Source: Schmidtea polychroa (lineage: Eukaryota). Taken from it: a DNA stretch of 64,000 nucleotides. Each line of letters begins with the position of its first letter. Position 1 is the stretch's first letter. Below the pieces are notes generated by a model. It was not told the origin of the DNA, did no database searches, and saw only the letters and a program-made list of their open reading frames with translations. Shown here piece after piece: positions 56,975-64,000 of this stretch. The position numbers and the translations under genes are program-made. Location: positions 53,198,001-53,262,000 of the forward strand of contig CM097885.1 of assembly GCA_044892525.1 (NCBI GenBank). Direction: 5' to 3'.

Positions 56975-57725
56975 TTAAATACCCCCCCCCCCCAAGTTAC
57001 GTAATGGTCGAAAGAAATGTCCAGATTCATAATCTAACTTATATATGTATATTTGAAACTTATAAAAGTATAACTTACCTATTTCATGAGTACCCCCTCA
57101 AACTATACATTAGTCGAGAACAATATATATAGCAATAAATTAACTTATATACGTGCAGTTATCAAACTTAATAATTCCTCAGATCACCTAACCATTAATT
57201 ATTGTCTAAATACATTAATACATTATCTTTACTATATAAATTTGGAAAATTTTGATAAATGACCCCCCTTAATTCATATAACCATCAACCACTACCTGAT
57301 ACACTCAGATAGACTATTTAATATATATACTTAACTTGGATTACCTTTAAAATCATAGTTGAAAATTTTTCATCAAAGACCCCCCAATAAACCATATCGT
57401 CATCAACTACTACCTAAATATACATTTAACTTATATAATATTTAAAAATATAAATTGTAAATTTTTATGAATGACCCCCCTCAAAATTATACAGTCTTTA
57501 CCCATTACCTAAGCATACTAAATTAACTTATCTTAATATATATTTAACTTATATTATATTTTAAAATATAAATTGAAAATTTTCATAAATGACCCCCCTT
57601 CAACTCATGTAGCCATTAACTATTCCTTAGGTATACTGAATTGTATCATCTTCGTATAGAGTTAAATTATATTTCAAACCAAAAAAATAATTCCATAAAT
57701 TTTCGTAAATGATCCCCCCCATATG
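56975..57725. repeat. Degenerate ~95-120-bp tandem repeat marked by AATTTT..AAATGACCCCCC
   Basis: C-runs at ~56982, 57093, 57263, 57380, 57475, 57593, 57714. Confidence 0.6.
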
Positions 57726-57797
57726 TAGTAATCTTATAAAAATATAAATTTACATTTATTATTATTATTATTATTATCGTTATTATTATTATTATTA

Positions 57798-57842
<45 letters not shown>

Positions 57843-57933
57843 GTATAAAATGATGATTGCTTGGTAGCAGCATTTATTATTTAAAACAATAAAATGATAA
57901 TTTAAGCCTTTTGCTGCAAATAATGTATTTAAT

Positions 57934-57974
57934 GAAAGAATTTTCGACTATACGATAGTCCTTGTCAATCTCCT
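57934..57974 (-). ncRNA. Minimal hammerhead ribozyme-like motif in the pLTR
   Basis: Minus strand GAGA-TTGACAA-G-GACTAT-cgt-ATAGTC-GAAA-ATTC-TTTC; stem I GAGA/TTTC. Confidence 0.6.
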
Positions 57975-58378
57975 GGAATTTAGCAATGTTCTTCTTCAAA
58001 ATACCCTTCAATCTTTCTTTTATTTCCTTTCTCTTAATTCTCATTGGTTGTAAATATAATGAATTGTTTTACTAAAAACTTTTAAAATTTTTTTATAATT
58101 TTTACATTTAAAATTTCAAAATGACACAAACTAAAATTTTTAAATTTTTTACAGCTTCTATAATTAGCTTCTAGAAGCCTAATAAAATATTTGAAAATAT
58201 TTTAAATAAAGCCTCCAATAACCACTTATATATGCTATTTAAATATTTCAATAAATGTGTCAATTTTGATTTTCAAACCCTATTTTTTAAAATTTTTTTT
58301 CTATATTATTCTAATTATTACTTTTTAATTTATTCTTATTTTTTTAATTTCTTTGTATATTGTCAGTTATTCTCAAAG

Positions 58379-59587
58379 TCAATGACAACAGATCAAATTC
58401 ATGATTTCATTGATTTCTTCTTTAGTGTTGATCTTTGGCTGTCTGTTTAATTTGAGAATTGCTTCTTTGATTCTGACATTTTTCTTTTGGATGTTTCCAT
58501 TAGCTATGATTTCTATTGAAATATTTTTTCTTTCCTCTGTTGGCTGACACTGCCGGAGATGTCTGCCCAACGAGGATGTTCCACCAGGATCTAGATGTTC
58601 TTTAACTCTTTGGTGCAATGTCCTGAGGGTACTTCCAATGTAGATTTCATTGCATACATTGCACGTGATGCAATAGACGATGTTTTTTCTATAGCACATA
58701 TCTTTCGGTGTCTGGCAGTTTTTCATTGTGCAATTGTTTTCTCTATTTATGTTGCCTGCCAGAGCCCTTCTCAATGTCCAAGATTTATGTGCTATCCGAA
58801 TTGGAATACCGGTACGTTTAAGTTCTTTCAGGATCTTGAAGTCGAGTATGTCACTGATGAATGGGATATTCAGATAGAAATATTTCTGATTCTTTTGTGT
58901 TAATTCCCTAGATCTTCTTGGGGTAGAATTCATTTTTTCAATGTCCTCACCTTGGTATCCGTTTCGGTGTAGGATTTTATTGAAATTTGATTGCTCTTTA
59001 AAGTTTTCGTTTTTCTCCGTGCATCGATTGGCTATTCTTCGTTTCTCGTTTCTTATGACATGTACTTTCTGTAAGTATGGAAGCGCTGATCTTTGGTGCA
59101 TAAATATTTCTTTGCGAGCAGGTTTTCTGTAGAACCCGTATGTTGGAGTATTTTCTTCTATTTTGATTCTCAAATCCAATAAATTGAGGGATCCATCTTC
59201 TTCCGGATATTCGATTTCGAACTTAATATCTTGATGAGCCGCATTGAATGAATGAAATATTTCCTCCGCTTCTTTTCTGTTTTTGGTCAAGATGAAGATA
59301 TCATCTACATATCTTGCATAGAAACCGATGGGTTGTATGGTCCTCAGTGTCTGTCGTTCGAGGTTATCCATAAAGATGATTGCTAGCAGTCCTGATATGC
59401 TAGAACCCATAGGCAGACCTTTAACTTGTTTATAGATATTTTGTTCAAAGGTAAAATAGGTGTTCTCGAGGATAACAGTAAGTAGTTTGGTGATATTCTC
59501 GGTATTCATTTCCTTTATTAACAAGTTGCTTTCTCTTAATTTCTTTTCTAAACATTGAATAGCCTCTGTTGGTTCGATAGATGTGTA

Positions 59588-59588
<1 letters not shown>
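58379..59588 (-). CDS. Penelope reverse transcriptase (partial) + GIY-YIG endonuclease
   Basis: YTSI, YKQVKGLPMGS, RYVDDIF, LLDL, YRKP; NIVYCITCNVCNEIYIGSTLRTLHQRVKEH. The poly-Ile N-terminus in the ORF track is microsatellite. Confidence 0.92.
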
Positions 59589-59619
<31 letters not shown>

Positions 59620-60378
59620 GCATTGTTACCAGTAACATTATCACTCTTACTATTATTATTACTATTATCATTATTATTATTATATTATTAAAATAATTAT
59701 CTTTATTTCATAAAAATAAAATTATAAAACAAATTATTGATTTTGGGATTCCCCTATCTCTAAATTTAGTTTCAATGGCCCTATCTTCCAATAAAATTAC
59801 GGAAAATCACTAAAATCTATTTTTAGTAACACCCCCCCCCCTGAAAACGACATCAATATTATTAATTTAAATTATATCCATATATGTATATATGTGTGGG
59901 TGTATATGTATGTGTATATATAAGTGGATGTGTGTATGTACATACCGATTTATAAAACAACCTTATAACAATACGATAACCTTCCCCCTCAAGACCCCTG
60001 TTATGTGATGGTCACAACCCCTTTAAGGTGATGGAACGAGGATAGAGTAGTTTACTGAAGTAATTTAGTAGAATCATTTATTAAAATTATTGGATTTATT
60101 TTTAACTAGATCAAAAGAAGAAAAACAAAGACTAAGTTTATTGATTTCGATCATCAAATTTATTCACATAATTGTTTCTTTGAATCATATTCATACCAAA
60201 AATTCCTTCGAGCTCAGTTGATGGACCATCCCGATGAAATACATTTCCTGGGGTTGGAAAATGGAAAACTTATATTAAAATATCTTTCAGAATTTCTTTT
60301 AGATTTCCACAATTAAATAATTCCAAATTATTTCTCACAAATATATTCGATCAAAAAGAATTTTAATATTTTATTTAA

Positions 60379-61047
60379 TTACAACATCCTGAATTTATTT
60401 CTTTGCTTGGCTGCTTTAAGATCATAAATGGGCATTTTTCATTTATTAATCGGATAAAATCAGTTTTTCTGTACAACCTTTACATTCTTCACCCCAGCTT
60501 TCTAATATTTTTTGAGATCTTTAACGCGAGCTTTGTTTAGATTAATACCAGTAAGATCAATAGGTTTGTCTGAAAAATAGTTGAATTAATATTTAAAATC
60601 TTAACTGAACATACCATATTTTAATTCACAAATTTGTGAATCAATTGCTTTTAGTTTTTCAGACTTTTTCAGCGGGCATAACCCAACTCAAAGGCTGAGA
60701 CAAATGTTTTACAATATATGCAGTAGATGTTACCAATCCTCCAATATAATAACACTAAAAATAAATTACAATTTTATAGTAATCAGTTATAATACCTTAC
60801 CAGACTTTATTCTTTTCCTTTACTTGTTTTGCTCATCTTTTTGAATTTATTTTCAATATTTTCGATATTTGTACTTTCATCTCCATCTAGACTATCTTTC
60901 AGGCGTCTCACAAAATTAACACAAACTGAACAATTTTTAAATATAATAAAAATAAGTGCCAAATACCTTCGCAATTATTTTCATTAACTGTAGCTGACAT
61001 TACATAGTAAACAATGATTAGAAAAGAAAAACTGATAAAATTTTCAT
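60379..61047 (-). pseudogene. MANF: MANF/ARMET (CDNF family) gene copy, 4 exons, multiply disabled
   Basis: Exons 60967-61047, 60801-60925, 60615-60754, 60379-60569 (introns 41-46 nt) give CEVC..GKE*SL-CYYIGG..P.EKV/EKLK.IDSQICELKYDKPIDL..L.K.RVKDLKK/LESWGEECKGCTEK/DFIR.INE. One stop and several frameshifts. Confidence 0.88.
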
Positions 61048-61464
61048 TGCAAAATATTACTAATATAAAAAAAAATGGTTTGTTAAAAAAAAAATAATTA
61101 GTTAAAACAAGTTTAAAATACTTCAAACTGACGTATAAGTTTTGTTTAAAATGTAAGTAACGAGTATTGTAAAATTAATTTAATATTATTATAAATTTTG
61201 AATTAAAATTTTCTTAAAATTCTAGAAAAAAAAAATCTATTATTAATAGAAAACAAATTTTTAAAAATAAATAAGGTTTGAGTCAATTTGAATTTTCTAG
61301 AAGTATCTCTTAAAATTATATAGGGAATTGTTTTGTAACAGTTATTGATGTATTTTGAATTTATTTAACTTGAATTAAAAATATAATATTAACAAAAATT
61401 TATTGAGATTTTGATTGTTGATCTAACCATCTCTCTATAACTACCCGGGCTCAACAAAGGGGAG

Positions 61465-64000
61465 TGTCATTGTAGGTCAACTAGGACAGTCATAGTCACC
61501 GCGAAATACGCTTAGTCAAATAATACGCGGTCATAAACAATCAGGGTTCTTGTAAAGTTATTATATTTTGTTGTTGTGGTTGGTGAAATTTCTGACCCTT
61601 ATTTGTATGTTCACTAATATATAAGTTGTTTGTTTTTTGATTATTTTCTAATTAAATTCATTATTCCCAAAAATTTCTTAAGGTATGTTTAATAAACTTT
61701 GGTTATGTTTCACTTAATTTATATTCAAACATTTTAGATGTGGTATTGTATGAACAGGTTTTAATAGATTAATGTATGATTCCTGATGACTTATGATCGT
61801 TTGAGGATAGAAAGTTTGTATAGGCATAGTTGAGAAAGTGATTATAATAAGGGACCTGCGTAAATCGGACATACATCTTCTAACGATAGTCCGTGAACCC
61901 ATTAGAGTGCTCGACAATTACAGTGCAAGTAGTGCGCTCACTTTTTGCGAGTACTCACCCTCTTGATACAGTACCAACGTTGATCGCTCAACGGGTATCA
62001 AGCGGTAAACAATGTTGTATCTTGGGTTACGCTGGTAACAGCACTAAAGAGCAAAATATTTGATCATCAGTAACCCACCACGAGTCAAGAATAATAAATA
62101 AGTCTAAAAATTGGCAACGATAATGGAAAAAGAGAGATATAAAGGACGACCAATAAGGTAAACGGAGGAAATTATAAAAATCGGAAACAAACATGAACAG
62201 AATAAAGACTACATCAATGAAGAAAACTAAGATAGAAACAAGAATACAAGTAATGTAAGTCAATAGATAGAGATAAGCCAAGGAAAAAGACAGTTAAAGT
62301 AGAGAAAACTATAGAAACGAAGAAAAGGAGTGTGAATTAAATAAGAAGGATCGAAAAATTTACGTAGGAATTTGAGAACCAATGTGTAAACAAAACTAAC
62401 GACGAAATGAATATTAAGATATGCCGGCACCCAAAGAAACCAAAGTAAAAATATTGCAATTGCACTATATAATATATATATTACAATTTATAAATATAAT
62501 AAACGATAGGGAGAAGTGATATTTTTCTATTCAGGTAAATCAATCAAACAAGCCAACAGCCAAGTATCAGCAACCAACTAGAAGTTATTGTCAAACAATT
62601 AAGCCAAGTTCAGAAATATTGAACCAATAACAAAGCATACCAGATCAAAACAGTTAATAATAGAACCAAGTTTATTGAAAGAAGAAGAATTAAAAGTTGC
62701 AAAGAAAACAAGGCGAACTATTAAACCCACGCAAGCACAAGAAATCGAAAAGCAAAATCAAAAAGACATCTCAAAGACCAAAGGTCGATCCATAAAAGGA
62801 AGCAGTGAAAAGGATTTCAAAAACAATAGACCAAGAAGCGTAAGACGCGTATCAGAACCTCAGGAAGGAAAAACTCTATCTGAAAACAGAAATAATAAAA
62901 GTGACATAAACCTAATAAAAGAAAAGACAAACGGAAAAAAAAATACAATTAGAGATGGTAGATACAACAGCCCAAATGGAAGCGATCAACAAGAGACTCA
63001 GTGAAATGGAGATACCCAATTTCCAGGGAAAATATAATGGCGAAAAATACGACGGAAAACCGAACAAACTATCAAACTTTATCCAACATTTTGAATTTTA
63101 TTGCGATGCTCTAAAATGGACAAACGAAATGATAGTGAGAAGACTCCCACTATATCTAGCAGACGACGCGTTTAATTGGTACGTCGGAATAAAAGAGTGT
63201 ACAACCCCACTAAAAACCTGGAAAGAAGTTAAGGAAGCTCTGATAAAAACATTTGGAGAAGCAAAAGATGCACAATACAAATTTCTAGAATTCTTCAATC
63301 GAGGACAAGCAGTGAATGAATCAAATATACTGTACGCAAGCGCACTAAGACATCTAGCCAAACCGCTATTCAGTGAAAAGGATATGGAAACACAACTAGT
63401 AACCCAATTTGTAAAAGGATTGCGACGAGATGACATTAAAGGTGTAGTAGGATGCAAAATCTGCAAGACGCTGGACGAAGCAGTAGAGGCAGCGAATGTA
63501 AGCGAAATGTACACCAAAGTAACACAACCACCAAGTAGGAGGCACATCGCAGATAATCAACCTCAACACCACAGACAGTGGAGTCATAACAACAATAATC
63601 AAAGAAACGACAATGACAATGAAAGCAAGAGGTTGAATAATAGAAACATTGAAAAATTTTGTGATGACTGCAAGAGACAAGGACACTGGCTCGATGAATG
63701 TCATGGACAAAGAAGATGTTGGAATTGCGGTAAGAAAGGACATACCGCAGTAAGATGTGGAGTATCCAAAAAATGTTTCTCGTGTGGACAAGGAGACCAT
63801 CTAGCAGTTGCATGTACGAATAAAAGAAACCAACAACGGAGTGACAATAAGGATACGTCAGCAAAGCAACTAGCTGAAATGCAAAATCAAATAACAATTC
63901 TCATTGGACTGTGCAGTAACATGATCGATTATCAGTTTCAAGCGGAAGGAAAACAACAATCAAGAATAAATGTATTACAATGTGTGGGAGGCACATTACA
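61465..64000 (+). mobile_element. Gypsy/Ty3-type LTR retrotransposon 5' part (LTR to ~62030, PBS-like TGGTAACAG, leader, gag)
   Basis: Shares the structured U5 block with the other LTRs; gag downstream. LTR boundaries tentative. Confidence 0.6.
62955..64000 (+). CDS. Retrotransposon Gag with three CCHC zinc knuckles (open at window edge)
   Basis: Not in the ORF track. YDG..FIQHFE..LKW..LPLYL.DDAFNWY..TWKEVKEALIKTFG..QFVKGL capsid pattern; knuckles CDDCKRQGHWLDEC, CWNCGKKGHTAVRC, CFSCGQGDHLAVAC. Confidence 0.9.
   Translation, partial: MVDTTAQMEAINKRLSEMEIPNFQGKYNGEKYDGKPNKLSNFIQHFEFYCDALKWTNEMIVRRLPLYLADDAFNWYVGIKECTTPLKTWKEVKEALIKTFGEAKDAQYKFLEFFNRGQAVNESNILYASALRHLAKPLFSEKDMETQLVTQFVKGLRRDDIKGVVGCKICKTLDEAVEAANVSEMYTKVTQPPSRRHIADNQPQHHRQWSHNNNNQRNDNDNESKRLNNRNIEKFCDDCKRQGHWLDECHGQRRCWNCGKKGHTAVRCGVSKKCFSCGQGDHLAVACTNKRNQQRSDNKDTSAKQLAEMQNQITILIGLCSNMIDYQFQAEGKQQSRINVLQCVGGTL

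Larger units (their letters stand above)
57843..59588 (-). mobile_element. 5'-truncated Penelope-like retroelement in an (ATT)n tract
   Basis: RT + GIY-YIG ORF; 3' pLTR at 57845-57975 (matches 12843-13047); microsatellite on both flanks (57756-57842, 59587-59690). Confidence 0.88.

Noticed and set aside
57667..57873. Poly-Ile ORF and the hydrophobic 'signal' N-terminus of ORF 58379-59671
   Set aside because: Translation of (ATT)n microsatellites.
63098..63897. Three minus-strand ORFs
   Set aside because: Antisense shadows of the plus-strand gag frame.

Overview
AT-rich invertebrate genomic DNA. The 41-52 nt introns, (AAT)n tracts and TE spectrum look planarian, but species cannot be shown from sequence alone. 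Host genes: (1) an 11-exon FGFR-like receptor tyrosine kinase on the minus strand (23772->2291, about 596 aa) whose three large introns are filled with nested DNA transposons; (2) a disabled 4-exon MANF/ARMET copy (60379-61047). The centrepiece is a 14,028-bp Polinton/Maverick (adintovirus-like) element at 29707-43734 with a 6-bp TSD (TACGCA) and ~0.9-kb TIRs. It encodes pPolB, a PLA2-integrase fusion, packaging ATPase, adenain-type protease, major and minor capsid proteins, a pX-like core protein and fiber-like and membrane proteins; several of these genes are disabled. It sits inside an LTR promoter. Most unusual: the element carries up to six tRNA-like units with A/B boxes at tRNA spacing, candidate VA-RNA-like Pol III genes. 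Also present: a second Polinton end (1-2153), a Penelope element plus a palindromic pLTR insert with U3-A8 variant hammerhead motifs, several related LTRs with a covarying U5 RNA structure in three of them, and a gypsy-type gag running off the right edge.
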